Source of the DNA: Squalus acanthias
Lineage: Eukaryota
Length of the DNA stretch: 64,000 nucleotides
Assembly: GCA_030390025.1 (NCBI GenBank)
Contig: JASTWF010000035.1
Coordinates: forward strand, 372,001 to 436,000
Direction: 5' to 3'
The notes beneath the pieces are model-generated. The model was not told where the DNA came from. It saw only the letters and a program-made list of their open reading frames with translations, and made no database searches. This document shows, one piece after another, positions 1 through 11,098 of this stretch (positions are counted from its first letter, which is position 1; the number at the start of each line of letters is the position of its first letter). The position numbers were made by a program, and so were the translations under genes.

Positions 1-2207
1 TTGTAGAGGAGGGAGGTGTAGTGGAGGGAGTGTTGTAGAGGAGGGAGGTGTAGAGGAGGGAGTGTTGTAGAGGAGGGAGGTGTAGTGGAGGGAGTGTTGT
101 AGAGGAGGGAGGTGTAGAGGAGGGAGGTGTTGTAGAGGAGGGAGTGTTGTAGAGGAGGGAGTGTTGTAGAGGAGGGAGTGTTGTAGAGGAGGGAGGTGTA
201 GAGGAGGGAGGTGTTGTAGAGGAGGGAGTGTTGTAGAGGAGGGAGTGTTGTAGAGGAGGGAGTGTTGTAGAGGAGGGAGTGTTGTAGAGGAGGGAGTGTT
301 GTGGAGGAGGGAGTGTTGTAGAGGAGGGAGTGTTGTAGTGGAGGGAGTGTTGTAGTGGAGGGAGTGTTGTAGTGGAGGGAGGTGTAGCGGAGGGAGTGTT
401 GTAGAGGAGGGGGTATTGTAGAGGAGGGAGTGTTGTAGAGGAGGGGGTATTGTAGAGGAGGGAGTGTTGTAGAGGAGGGAGTGTTGTAGAGGAGGGAGTG
501 TTGTAGAGGAGGGGGTATTGTAGAGGAGGGAGTGTTGTAGAGGAGGGAGTGTTGTAGAGGAGGGAGGTGTTGTAGAGGAGGGAGTGTTGTAGAGGAGGGA
601 GTGTTGCAGAGGAGGGAGTGTTGTAGAGGAGGGAGGTGTTGTAGAGGAGTGGAGTGTTGTAGAGGAGGGAGTGTTGTAGAGGAGGGAGGTGTAGAGGAGG
701 GAGTGTGGTAGAGGAGGGAGTGTTGCAGAGGAGGGAGGTGTAGAGGAGGGAGTGTTGTAGAGGAGGGAGTGTTGTAGAGGAGGGAGTGTTGTGGAGCAGG
801 GAGTGTTGTGGATGAGGGAGTGTTGTAGAGGAGGGAGTGTTGTAGAGGAGGGAGTGTTGTGGAGCAGGGAGTGTTGTGGAGGAGGCAGTGTTGTGGAGGA
901 GGGAGTGTTGTAGAGGAGGGAGTGTTGTAGCGGAGGGATTGTTGTAGAGGAGGGAGTGTTGCAGAGGAGGGAGGTGTTGTAGAGGAGTGGAGTGTTGTAG
1001 AGGAGGGAGGTGTTGTAGAGGAGGGAGTGTTGTAGAGGAGGGAGTGTTGTAGGGGAGGGAGTATTGTAGCGGAGGGAGTGTTGTAGAGGAGGGAGTGGTA
1101 GAGGAGGGAGTGTTGTAGAGGAGGGAGTGTTGTAGAGGAGGGAGTGTTGTAGAGGAGGGAGTGTTGTAGAGGAGGGAGGTGCAGAGGAGGGAGTGTTGTA
1201 GAGGAGGGAGTGTTGTAGAGGAGGGAGTGTTGTAGCGGAGGGCGTGTTGTAGAGGAGGGAGGTGTTGTAGAGGAGGGAGTGTTGTAGAGGGGGGCGTGTT
1301 GTAGAGGAGGGAGTGTTGTAGAGGAGGGAGTGTTGTAGAGGAGGGAGGTGTTGTAGAGGAGGGAGTGTTGTAGAGGAGGGAGTGTTGCAGAGGAGGGAGT
1401 GTTGTAGAGGAGGGAGGTGTTGTAGAGGAGGGAGTGTTGTAGAGGAGGGAGTGTTGTAGCGGAGGGCGTGTTGTAGAGGAGGGAGGTGTTGTAGAGGAGG
1501 GAGTGTTGTAGAGGGGGGCGTGTTGTAGAGGAGGGAGTGTTGTAGAGGAGGGCGTGTTGTAGAGGAGGGCGTGTTGTAGAGGAGGGAGTGTTGTAGAGGA
1601 GGGCGTGTTGTAGAGGAGGGAGGTGTTGTAGAGGAGGGGAGTGTTGTAGAGGAGGGAGGTGTTGTAGAGGAGGGTGTGTTGTAACGGAGGGAGTGTTGTA
1701 GAGGAGGGAGTGTTGTAGAGGAGGGGAGTGTTGTAGCGGAGGGAGGTGTTGTAGAGGAGGGTGTGTTGTAACGGAGGGAGTGTTGTAGAGGAGGGAGTGT
1801 TGTAGAGGAGGGCGTGTTGTAGAGGAGGGAGTGTTGTAGAGGAGGGAGTGTTGTAGAGGAGGGAGTGTTGTAGCGGAGGGCGTGTTGTAACGGAGGGAGT
1901 GTTGTAGAGGAGGGAGTGTTGTAGAGGAGGGAGGTGTTGTAGAGGAGGGAGTGTTGTAGAGGAGGGATTGTTGTAGAGGAGGGAGTGTTGTAGCGGAGGG
2001 CGTGTTGTAGAGGAGGGAGTGTTGTAGAGGAGGGAGGTGTTGTAGAGGAGGGAGTGTTGTAGAGGAGGGCGTGTTGTAGAGGAGGGCGTGTTGTAGAGGA
2101 GGGAGTGTTGTAGAGGAGGGCGTGTTGTAGAGGAGGGCGTGTTGTAGAGGAGGGCGTGTTGTAGAGGAGGGCGTGTTGTCGAGGAGGGCGTGTTGTAGAG
2201 GAGGGTG
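1..2207. repeat. Minisatellite, ~17-bp unit GTGTTGTAGAGGAGGGA
   Basis: Direct tandem repeats. Confidence 0.97.
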
Positions 2208-2996
2208 CTTTGTTGTAGCGGAGCCAGAGATGGGAGTACATTTGGGGAATCGGGGGGGTGCTGGGGTTGTGCTTACGGTTGGTGAGGGGCTCGAGGAAAG
2301 TGTCTGGAATAATTGAGTGAGAGAGGGATGATGGGATGGAGCGCTGGTAAAGTTCTGGTGACATTCTGCCCTCCTTCCGAGGCCAAGATATCCTTTCTAA
2401 GGTGCTGCGCACAGAACTGCTCACAGTGCTCCAGGTGTGGTCTAACCAGTGCTTTGTACAGCTGCAGCATAACTTCCTCCCCTTTATAGTCCAGCCCTCT
2501 AGTTATAAAGACTGACTAAATCTGGGAATAAAAAGCTGGTATCAATAATGGTGACAATGTAACTACCTGATTGTTGTAAAAACCCATCTGGTTCACTGAT
2601 GTCCTTTAGAGAAGGAAATCTGTCGTCCTTACCCAGTCTGGCCTATATGTGACTCCAGACCCACAGCGATGTGGTTGACTCTTAGCTGCCCTCTGAAATG
2701 GCCTAGCAAGACACTCAGTTGTAGCAAAACGCTACAAAGAGTAACAAGAATAAAACCGGCTTTGACCTAGTCATCGGCTTCAGATACGACAAAGGTACAC
2801 CCAGCCCAGTCGACCCTGCAAAGTCTTTCTCACTAACATCTGGGAACTTGTGTCAAAATTGGGAGAGCTGTCCCACAGACTAGTCAAGTGACAGCCTGAC
2901 ATAGTCATACCCACAGAATCATACCTTTCAGCCAACGTCCCAGACTCCTCGGTCACCATTCCTGGGTATGTCCTGGCGATTCTGTATCTATTTACT

Positions 2997-3038
2997 TCAC
3001 CTGAGGAAGGGGCAATCGATAGCTCCGAAAGCTTGTGA
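2997..3038 (+). ncRNA. Minimal hammerhead ribozyme motif, second Penelope-like family
   Basis: tcac-CTGAGGA-aggggc...gctcc-GAAA-gctt-gtga; stem I tcac/gtga; palindromic AAGCTT. Confidence 0.6.
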
Positions 3039-3312
3039 TTTCAAATAAAACTGTTGGACTATAACCTGGTGTTGTGCGACCTCTCAATTTTGTCCACCCC
3101 AGTCCAACACCGGCATCTCCGCATCATGATAACTAACCGAAACCAGAGAGTCGGAATAAATGGGTCATTTTCAGGATGGCAAACTGTAACTAGTGGGGTG
3201 CCACAGGGATCAGTGCTGGGGCCCCAACTACTTACAATCTATAATAATGACTTGGATGATTTGCTGACGATACAAAGATAAGTAGGAAAGCAAGGTGTGA
3301 GGAGGACACATA

Positions 3313-4205
3313 GGGGTAGAAATTAGGTCGCGCCCCATTTGGGGCGCAAATATCGTCCGGACGCAAATATTAGCGCCTGGCGCTAATTATCGGCACTGAC
3401 AGGAAACTTCACTTTTACCGCCCCGGGAGGTGAGTGGAGCGCTAAAGCAGGCGCTGCACACCTCTCTTAAGGCGCAAAGGCCGAGCAGTGAGGCGCTAAC
3501 TCGGAGCGCTGGCGAAGCTCATGTAATGTCAGTCAGCAATGGAACACACACACAATGGCACGGGCCAGTTCTTAAAGGGGATGGTTAATCTTGCTTTCCA
3601 TCCACATCCTGTTCATTGCTGCCTTGAATCTCGGCCTGGAGAGACTTGCACATCAAATGTGCTGGAAAGAACAATGGAGCGTACCAGGCAAAGAGCTCAG
3701 AGTGCAGCTCCCACAGTCTCTGCTAAATCGATACAAGGAATGGCAAATCAAAATGAACCTGCAAAGTGCTGCTCAGTACCCAAAACTCCTTCACACAACG
3801 TTGAATCTCTCCAGAAGTCTCTCCCTCTCTCTCTCAGAATGCGTAGTTCAAAAATGCCACCAACAATAAAAGACAGGAAGAGGCCCCCTTTAAATAGCGC
3901 CCCCCCCAGCCCCACAGCGATTGATAGCGTTCCAGTCTTCTGGTCGTTGGAAGCGCCAGGCGGTAAGGCAGGGGGCGCCACTCAATTTCCGCTACGGGGC
4001 GCCACAAGGGCGTTGCACCATGGAATGACGTCACAATCTGCGCGCGCAGGTGGTCGCAGCGGTAAGTTTTAGCGCCGCCGCACAATCTCAAGTTAAGTTC
4101 TCGAGCGGCGCAAACATCGCTGCGCCCGGGCGTTAGCGGCTTTGCGCCCCATTAGCGCCCTCTTAAGGCGCTAACGGGAGGCGCAACCAAGTGAATTTTT
4201 ACCCC
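3313..4205 (+). mobile_element. Non-autonomous PIF/Harbinger-like DNA transposon
   Basis: Terminal inverted repeats GGGGTAGAAATT ... AATTTTTACCCC; flanked by ATA on both sides (candidate 3-bp TSD); GCGCC-rich subterminal repeats; cleanly interrupts a CR1. Confidence 0.65.
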
Positions 4206-5007
4206 ATAGAGTCTGCAAATGGATATAGATAGGTTAAGTGAGTGGGCAAAAATTTGGCAGCTGGAGTATAATGTGGGAAAATGTGAAGTTATCCACTTTG
4301 GTAGGAAGAATATAAAAGCAAAATTATACTTAAATAGAGAGAGACTACAGAATGCTGCGGTACAGAGGGTCCTGGGTGTCCTCGTACATGAAATACACAA
4401 AGTTAGCATGCAGGTACAGCAAGTAATTAGGAAGGCAAATGGAATATTGGCCTTTATTGCAAGGGGGATGGAGTATAAAAGTAGGGAAGTCTTGCTACAA
4501 CTGTACAGGGCGTTGGTGAGACCACAGCCGGAGTACTGCGTACAGTTTTGGTCTCCTTATTCAAGGAGGGATATACTTGCATTGGAGGCAGTTCAGAGAA
4601 GGTTCACTAGGTTGATTCCTGAGTTGAAGGGGTTGTCTTATGAGGAAAGGTTGAACAGGTTGGGCCTATACTCATTGGAGTTTAGAAGAGTGAGAGGTGA
4701 TCTTATTGTAACATATAAGATTCTGATGGGGCTTGACAGGGTAGATGCAGAGAGGATGTTTCCCCTCGTGGGGGAATCTAGAACTAGGGGGCATAGTTTC
4801 AGAATAAGGGGTCATCCATTTAAAACGGAGATGAGGAGGAATTTCTTCTCTCAGACGGTCGTGAATCTTTGGAATTCTCTATCCCAGAGAGCTGTGGAGG
4901 CGGAGTCATTGAATATATTCAAGGCGGAGATAAACAGATTTTTGAAAAACAGGGGAATCAAGGGTTCTGGGGAACGGGCAGGAAAGTGGAGTTGAGGCGA
5001 AGATCAG
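4206..5007 (+). mobile_element. CR1 3' fragment (5' part at ~3130-3312, split by a DNA-transposon insertion)
   Basis: ORF 4219-4995 is a CR1 ORF2 C-terminus (RPQPEYCVQFWSP, RTRGH); [12 protein letters not shown] at ~3200. Confidence 0.85.
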
Positions 5008-5808
5008 ATGGACTCACTTTGGAGCATCCACGATTCTGAGAGGGTTGTGAATAGCACATTTAGTGAGTTGGTCACACCGCAGGTTAAGGCCAGAGTAGAT
5101 AGTACATGGGTGACCAAAAGGCAGAGCAAGGGCAGGAAGGTAGTGCAGGAATCCCCTGGGGTTGTCTCCCTCAGCAACAGGTTCACCGCCTTAGGTGCTG
5201 TTGTCGGGGGGGATGACTCATCGGGGGAAGGCACCAGCAGCCAGGCTCATGGCACCATGACTGGATCTGTTGCAAAGAAGGGAGGGAAAAAGAGTGGCAG
5301 GGCTATAGTAATAGGGGATTCGATTGTAAGGGGAATAGATAGGAGTTTCTGTGGTCGCGACCGAGACTCCAGGATGGTAATTTGCCTCCCTGGTGCAAGG
5401 GTCAAGGATGTCTCGGCGCGGGTGCAGAACATTCTGGAGGGGGAGGGGGAACAGCCAGTTGTCGTGATACATGTTGGTACCAACGACGTAGCTAAAAAAA
5501 GGGAAGAGGTCCTACAAGTAGAATTTAGGGAGTTAGGAGCCAAGCTAAAAAGTAGGACCTCGAAGGTAGTAATCTCTGGATTACTACCAGTGCCACGTGC
5601 TAGTAAGAGTACAGAGAACAGGATAGTTAGGCTAAATACGTGGCTTGAGCAGTGGTGTAAGAGGGAGGGTTTTAAATTTTTGAGGCATTGGGACCAGTTT
5701 TGTGGTAGGTGTGACCTATACAAAAGGGACGGTCTACACCTGTGCAAAGATGGAACTGAGGTTCTCGGGGTAAATTTTGATAAAGCAGTTCGGGAGCATT
5801 TAAACTAG
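5008..5808 (+). CDS. CR1 LINE ORF1 (SGNH/GDSL esterase domain; 5' end probably truncated)
   Basis: VIGDSIVRG, CLPGA, HVGTND and DGLHL esterase motifs. Confidence 0.85.
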   Translation: MDSLWSIHDSERVVNSTFSELVTPQVKARVDSTWVTKRQSKGRKVVQESPGVVSLSNRFTALGAVVGGDDSSGEGTSSQAHGTMTGSVAKKGGKKSGRAIVIGDSIVRGIDRSFCGRDRDSRMVICLPGARVKDVSARVQNILEGEGEQPVVVIHVGTNDVAKKREEVLQVEFRELGAKLKSRTSKVVISGLLPVPRASKSTENRIVRLNTWLEQWCKREGFKFLRHWDQFCGRCDLYKRDGLHLCKDGTEVLGVNFDKAVREHLN

Positions 5809-8750
5809 TATGGCAGGGGGCTAGAAACCCATGTAGTGAAATAGAGGAAAGTGAAAGGCAGACAGAAATAAATGGTAAAAAGGAGAGGAACAAAAAACAA
5901 AGGGCCAAACTAATTCATAAAAAATGTGAGCATAAAAAAAGCCTGAGGGTTTTATACCTTAATGCGAGAAGCATCAGGAACAAGGTAGATGAATTAGCTG
6001 TGGAAATAGAGGTTAATAATTATGATCTAATTGGGATTACGGAAACATGGTTGCAGGGTGAGCAGGGCTGGGAGCTTAACATACAGGGGTATTCAGTATT
6101 TAGGAAGGATCGACAAAAAAGAAAGGGAGGAGGGGTAGCATTGCTGGTAAAAGAGGGGATAAATGCAATTGAAAGGAAGGATATTAACTCAGTTAATACA
6201 GAATCTATATGGGTGGAGCTAAGAAATAGCGAGGGGCGAAAAACATTAATAGGAGTGGTATATAGGCCTCCAAATAGTAAAATAGAGGTTGGGGAGGGCA
6301 TCACGAGGGAAATTAGAGAAGCGTGCAATAAGAGCACAGCTGTCATCATAGGTGACTTTAACTTACATATAGATTGGACTAGCCTAATCAGTAAAAATAA
6401 TGAGGAGGAGGAATTCCTTGAGTGTTTAAGGGATGGTTATCTGGATCAATATGTCGAGGAACCAACTCGGGAACAGGCTATATTGGACTGGGTACTGTGC
6501 AATGAGAAGGGACTAATTAGTAATCTTGTTGTACGGGGACCCTTGGGTCAGAGCGATCATAACATGATCGATTTCTCACTCGAAATGGAGAGCGAAGAAA
6601 TTGACTCAGAGACTCAGGTCCTGAATTTAAACAAGGGGAATTATGATGCCATTAGACGGGAACTGAGTAGGTCTGATTGGACAACGTTCCTGGGAGGACT
6701 GGAGGTAGATAAACAATGGCAAGCATTTAAAGATAGAATGACAAAATTGCAAAAATTGTTTATACCAATCTGGCATAAAAGGAAATCTAAAAAGGTGACT
6801 CAACCGTGGATAACAGGGGAAATTAGAGACAGCATAAAATCCAAAGATAGGGCGTATAAAATAGCCAAAAAACGCGCCAGAGCGGAAGATTGGGAACAGT
6901 TTAAGATAGAGCAAAGGAGGGCAAAGGGCTTAATCAAGAAGGGCAAAATAGCTTACGAAAGCAAGCTGGCGGAAAATATAAAAACTAACTCCAAAAGCTT
7001 TTATAAGTATATCAAGAGGAAAAGACTGGTGAAAACCAAAGTTGGTCCATTGCAGTCAGATACGGGGGAATATATAATGGGAAATAAGGAAATGGCAGAC
7101 CAACTAAATGCATACTTTGGGTCAGTCTTTACGAAGGAAGACACAAAAAACCTCCCTGGGATATCGGGAAAAATAGGGACATTGGCAAAGGAGGAACTGA
7201 CGCAAATCAATATCTCTAAGGATATGGTGTTAAGGAAGCTAAAGGGATTGAAGGCGGACAAATCCCCAGGGCCTGATAACATGCATCCTAGGGTACTGAA
7301 GGAGGTGGCCCTAGAGATAGCGGATGCACTAAGCATGATTTTTCAGAATTCATTAGACTCGGGAACAGTGCCCATGGATTGGAGGGTAGCTAACGTTACC
7401 CCACTATTCAAAAAGGGGGGTAGGGAAAAAGCAGGTAATTACAGACCTGTAAGCCTTACATCAGTTGTGGGCAAAATGCTGGAGTCCATCATTAAGGATG
7501 AAATAGCCGAGCACTTAGCAAATGGGGACAGGATAGGACAGAGTCAACATGGATTTACAAAGGGTAAATCGTGCTTGACTAATCTATTGGAATTTTTTGA
7601 GGGAGTAACTGGTAAAATAGATGGGGGAGAGCCAGTAGATGTGGTGTACCTGGACTTCCAAAAGGCCTTCGATAAGGTCCCACATAAAAGATTAGCATGG
7701 AAAATTGAAGCTCATGGGATAAAGGGGAAAGTATTGACGTGGATAGAGAACTGGCTGTCAGATAGAAAACAGAGAGTTGGAATAAACGGCTCATTTTCTG
7801 AATGGCAGGCAGTAACAAGTGGGGTACCACAGGGATCTGTCCTGGGTCCCCAGCTGTTCACAATTTATATTAATGACCTGGATCAGGGAGTCGAATGCAG
7901 CATTTCCAAATTTGCAGACGACACTAAACTAGGAGGGGGGGTGGGCTCAGAGGAGGAGACCAGGAAGCTCCAGAGCGATTTGGACAGACTGGGTGATTGG
8001 GCGGATAAATGGCAGATGCACTATAATGTGGACAAGTGCGAAGTTATCCACCTTGGGTGCAGGAACGGGAGGGCAAATTATTATTTAAATGGCAATAAAT
8101 TGGGGGAGGGGGAAGTACAGAGAGACCTGGGTGTTCTTGTACACCAGTCACTGAAGGCGAGCATGCAGGTGCAACAGGCGGTCAAGAAGGCAAACGGTAT
8201 GCTGGCCTTCATAGCAAAAGGGTTGGAATACAGGAACAGGGATACCTTGCTGCAGCTGTACAGGGCACTGGTGAGACCACACCTCGAGTACTGTGTACAG
8301 TTTTGGTCGCCTCATCTGAGGAAAGATGTTCTTGCCATGGAGGGGGTGCAGCGGCGATTCACCAGGCTGATACCAGGAATGGCGGGATTGACCTATGAGG
8401 AGAGACTATGTAGTTTAGGGATGTACACACTGGAGTTTAGAAGATTGAGAGGGGACCTCATAGAAGTGTATAAAATTCTGACAGGTCTAGACAGATTAGA
8501 TGCAGAAGGAATGTTTCCCTTGGCGGGTGAGAACAGAACTAGAGGACATAATTTAAGGATAAGGGCTAAACCATTTAGGACAGAAATGAGGGGGAATTTC
8601 TTCACTCAGAGAGTGGTGAACCTGTGGAACTCATTGCCACAGAGGGCAGTGTACGCCAGCTCATTAAATATATTTAAGAGGGAATTAGATATATTTCTAC
8701 AGGCAAAAGGGGTTAAGGGTTACGGAGAGAAGGCGGGGACGGGATACTGA
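5799..8750 (+). CDS. CR1 LINE ORF2 (AP endonuclease + reverse transcriptase), uninterrupted
   Basis: Frame is open from the ORF1 stop region. YLNARS, ITETWL, GDFN, SDHN endonuclease motifs; [27 protein letters not shown] motifs; CR1 3' UTR and short repeat tail to ~8850. Confidence 0.92.
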   Translation, partial: FKLVWQGARNPCSEIEESERQTEINGKKERNKKQRAKLIHKKCEHKKSLRVLYLNARSIRNKVDELAVEIEVNNYDLIGITETWLQGEQGWELNIQGYSVFRKDRQKRKGGGVALLVKEGINAIERKDINSVNTESIWVELRNSEGRKTLIGVVYRPPNSKIEVGEGITREIREACNKSTAVIIGDFNLHIDWTSLISKNNEEEEFLECLRDGYLDQYVEEPTREQAILDWVLCNEKGLISNLVVRGPLGQSDHNMIDFSLEMESEEIDSETQVLNLNKGNYDAIRRELSRSDWTTFLGGLEVDKQWQAFKDRMTKLQKLFIPIWHKRKSKKVTQPWITGEIRDSIKSKDRAYKIAKKRARAEDWEQFKIEQRRAKGLIKKGKIAYESKLAENIKTNSKSFYKYIKRKRLVKTKVGPLQSDTGEYIMGNKEMADQLNAYFGSVFTKEDTKNLPGISGKIGTLAKEELTQINISKDMVLRKLKGLKADKSPGPDNMHPRVLKEVALEIADALSMIFQNSLDSGTVPMDWRVANVTPLFKKGGREKAGNYRPVSLTSVVGKMLESIIKDEIAEHLANGDRIGQSQHGFTKGKSCLTNLLEFFEGVTGKIDGGEPVDVVYLDFQKAFDKVPHKRLAWKIEAHGIKGKVLTWIENWLSDRKQRVGINGSFSEWQAVTSGVPQGSVLGPQLFTIYINDLDQGVECSISKFADDTKLGGGVGSEEETRKLQSDLDRLGDWADKWQMHYNVDKCEVIHLGCRNGRANYYLNGNKLGEGEVQRDLGVLVHQSLKASMQVQQAVKKANGMLAFIAKGLEYRNRDTLLQLYRALVRPHLEYCVQFWSPHLRKDVLAMEGVQRRFTRLIPGMAGLTYEERLCSLGMYTLEFRRLRGDLIEVYKILTGLDRLDAEGMFPLAGENRTRGHNLRIRAKPFRTEMRGNFFTQRVVNLWNSLPQRAVYASSLNIFKRELDIFLQAKGVKGYGEKAGTGY

Positions 8751-9197
8751 ATTGAAGGATCAGCCATGATCTCATTAAATGGCGGAGCAGGCTCGAAGGG
8801 CCGGATGGCCTACTCCTGCTCCTATCTTCTATGTATCTATGTATCTATAACCATGATCTTATTGAATGGCGGAGCAGGCTCAAGGGGCCGAATGGCCTAC
8901 TCCTGCTCCTGTTTCTTATGTTCTTATGTCCTGTCCCACTGGCAGGACAGACCCACCAAAGGTGGCTGCACAGTGGAACACAGTCAGGAGGAAGTGACCC
9001 TGGGAGTCCTCAAAATTGACTCCGGACTCCTTAAAGTCTCATGGCATCAGGTCAAGCATGGGCAAGGAAACCTCCTGCTGATTACCACCTACCGCCCTCC
9101 CTCAGCTGATGAATCAGTACTCCTCCATGTTGAACACCACTTGCATGAAGCAGTGAGGGTAGCAAGGGCACAGAATGTACTCTGGGTGGGGAACTTC

Positions 9198-11098
9198 AAT
9201 AAAATAAAATATGAAAGGAAGCTTGCAGAGAACATTAAAATGGACTGCAAAAGCTTCTATAAATATGTAAAAAGAAAGAGGTTAGTAAAAACAAACGTAG
9301 GTCCCCTGCAGTCGGAAACAGGGGAAGTCGTAATGGGGAACAAGGAAATGGCAGATCAATTGAACAAGTACTTTGGTTCGGTGTTTACTGTGGAGGACAC
9401 ACACAACCTGCCGGAAATAAAAGGGGTCAGAGGATCTGGTAAGAGGGAGGAGCTGAGGGAAATCCTTATTAGTCGGGAAAAGGTATTGGGGAAATTGATG
9501 GGACTGAAGGCTGAAAAATCCCCGGGGCCTGATGGTCTGCATCCCAGAGTACTTAAGGAGGTGGCCTTGGAAATAGTGGATGCATTGACGATCATTTTCC
9601 AACATTCCTTAGACTCTGGATCAGTTCCGATGGAGTGGAGGGTGGCCAATGTAACCCCTCTTTTTAAAAAAGGAGGGAGGGAGAAAGCAGGGAATTATAG
9701 ACCGGTCAGCCTGACATCGGTCGTGGGTAAAATGATGGAAGCAATTATTAAAGATGTCATAACAGACCATTTGGAAAGTGGCGACATGATAGGTCCAAGT
9801 CAGCATGGATTTGTGAAAGGGAAATCATGCTTGACAAATCTTCTGGAATTTTTTGAGGATGTTTCCAATAGGGTGGACAGGGGGGAACCAGTAGATGTGG
9901 TGTATTTGGACTTTCAGAAGGCCTTCGACAAGGTCCCACACAAGAGATTGGTGAGCAAAGTTAAAGCACATGGGATTGGGGGTAATGTGTTGACATGGAT
10001 TGAGAACTGGTTGGCACACAGGAAACAAAGAGTAGGAGTAAATGGGTACTTTTCAGAATGGCAGGCAGTGACCAGCGGGGTACCGCAGGGTTCGGTGCTG
10101 GGACCCCAGCTGTTTACATTATATATTAATGATTTGGACGAAGGGATTAAATGTAATATCTCCAAATTTGCGGATGACACTAAATTGGGAGGCAGTGTGA
10201 ACAATGAGGAGGATGCTAGGAGGCTACAGAGTGACTTGGACAGGTTGGGTGAATGGGCAAATGTATGGCAGATGAAGTACAATGTGGATAAATGTGAGGT
10301 TATCCACTTTGGTGGTAAAAATAGAGAGGCGGACTATTACCTGAATGGTGGCAGATTAGGGAAAGGGCACGTGCAACGAGACCTGGGCGTCATGGTACAT
10401 CAGTCACTGAAGGTAGGAATGCAAGTGCAGCAGGCAGTCAAGAAAGCAAACGGAATGATGGCCTTCATAGCAAGGGGATTTGAGTACAGGAGTAGGGAGG
10501 TGATGCTACAGTTGTACAGGGCCTTGGTGAGGCCACACCTGGAGTATTGTGCGCAGTTTTGGTCTCCTAACTTAAGGAAGGACATTCTTGCTATTGAGGG
10601 AGTGCAGCGAAGGTTCACTAGATTGATTCCTGGGATGGCCGGACTGACATATCAAGAAAGATTGGGTCAACTGAACTTGTATCCTCTGGAGTTCAGAAGA
10701 ATGAGGGGGGATCTTATAGAGACATTTAAAATCCTGACTGGTTTAGACAAATTAGATGCGGGCAGAATGTTCCCAATGGTAGGGAAAACTAGAACCAGGG
10801 GTCACAGTCTAAGGATTAAGGGGAAGCCATTTAGGACTGAGCTGAGGAGGAACTTCTTCACCCAGAGAGTGGTGAATCTATGGAATTCTCTTCCACAGAA
10901 GGTTGTTGAGGCCAGTTCGCTAAATATATTCAAAAGGGAGTTAGATATAACACTCACAACTAAGGGGATCAAGGGGTATGGCGAGAAAGCAGGAATGGGG
11001 TACTGAGGTAGCATGTTCAGCCATGAACGCATTGAATGGCGGTGCAGGCTCGAAGGACCGAATGGTCTACTCCTGTACCTATTTTCTATGTTTCTATG
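9198..11098 (+). mobile_element. 5'-truncated CR1 LINE with an open RT frame
   Basis: RT motifs within ORF 8766-11006 from KIKYERKL onwards; CR1 3' tail. Confidence 0.88.

Noticed and set aside
8766..9197. N-terminus of the 746-aa ORF as a novel RT fusion
   Set aside because: Chance in-frame join of CR1 3' tails, a fragment of another LINE and a truncated CR1.
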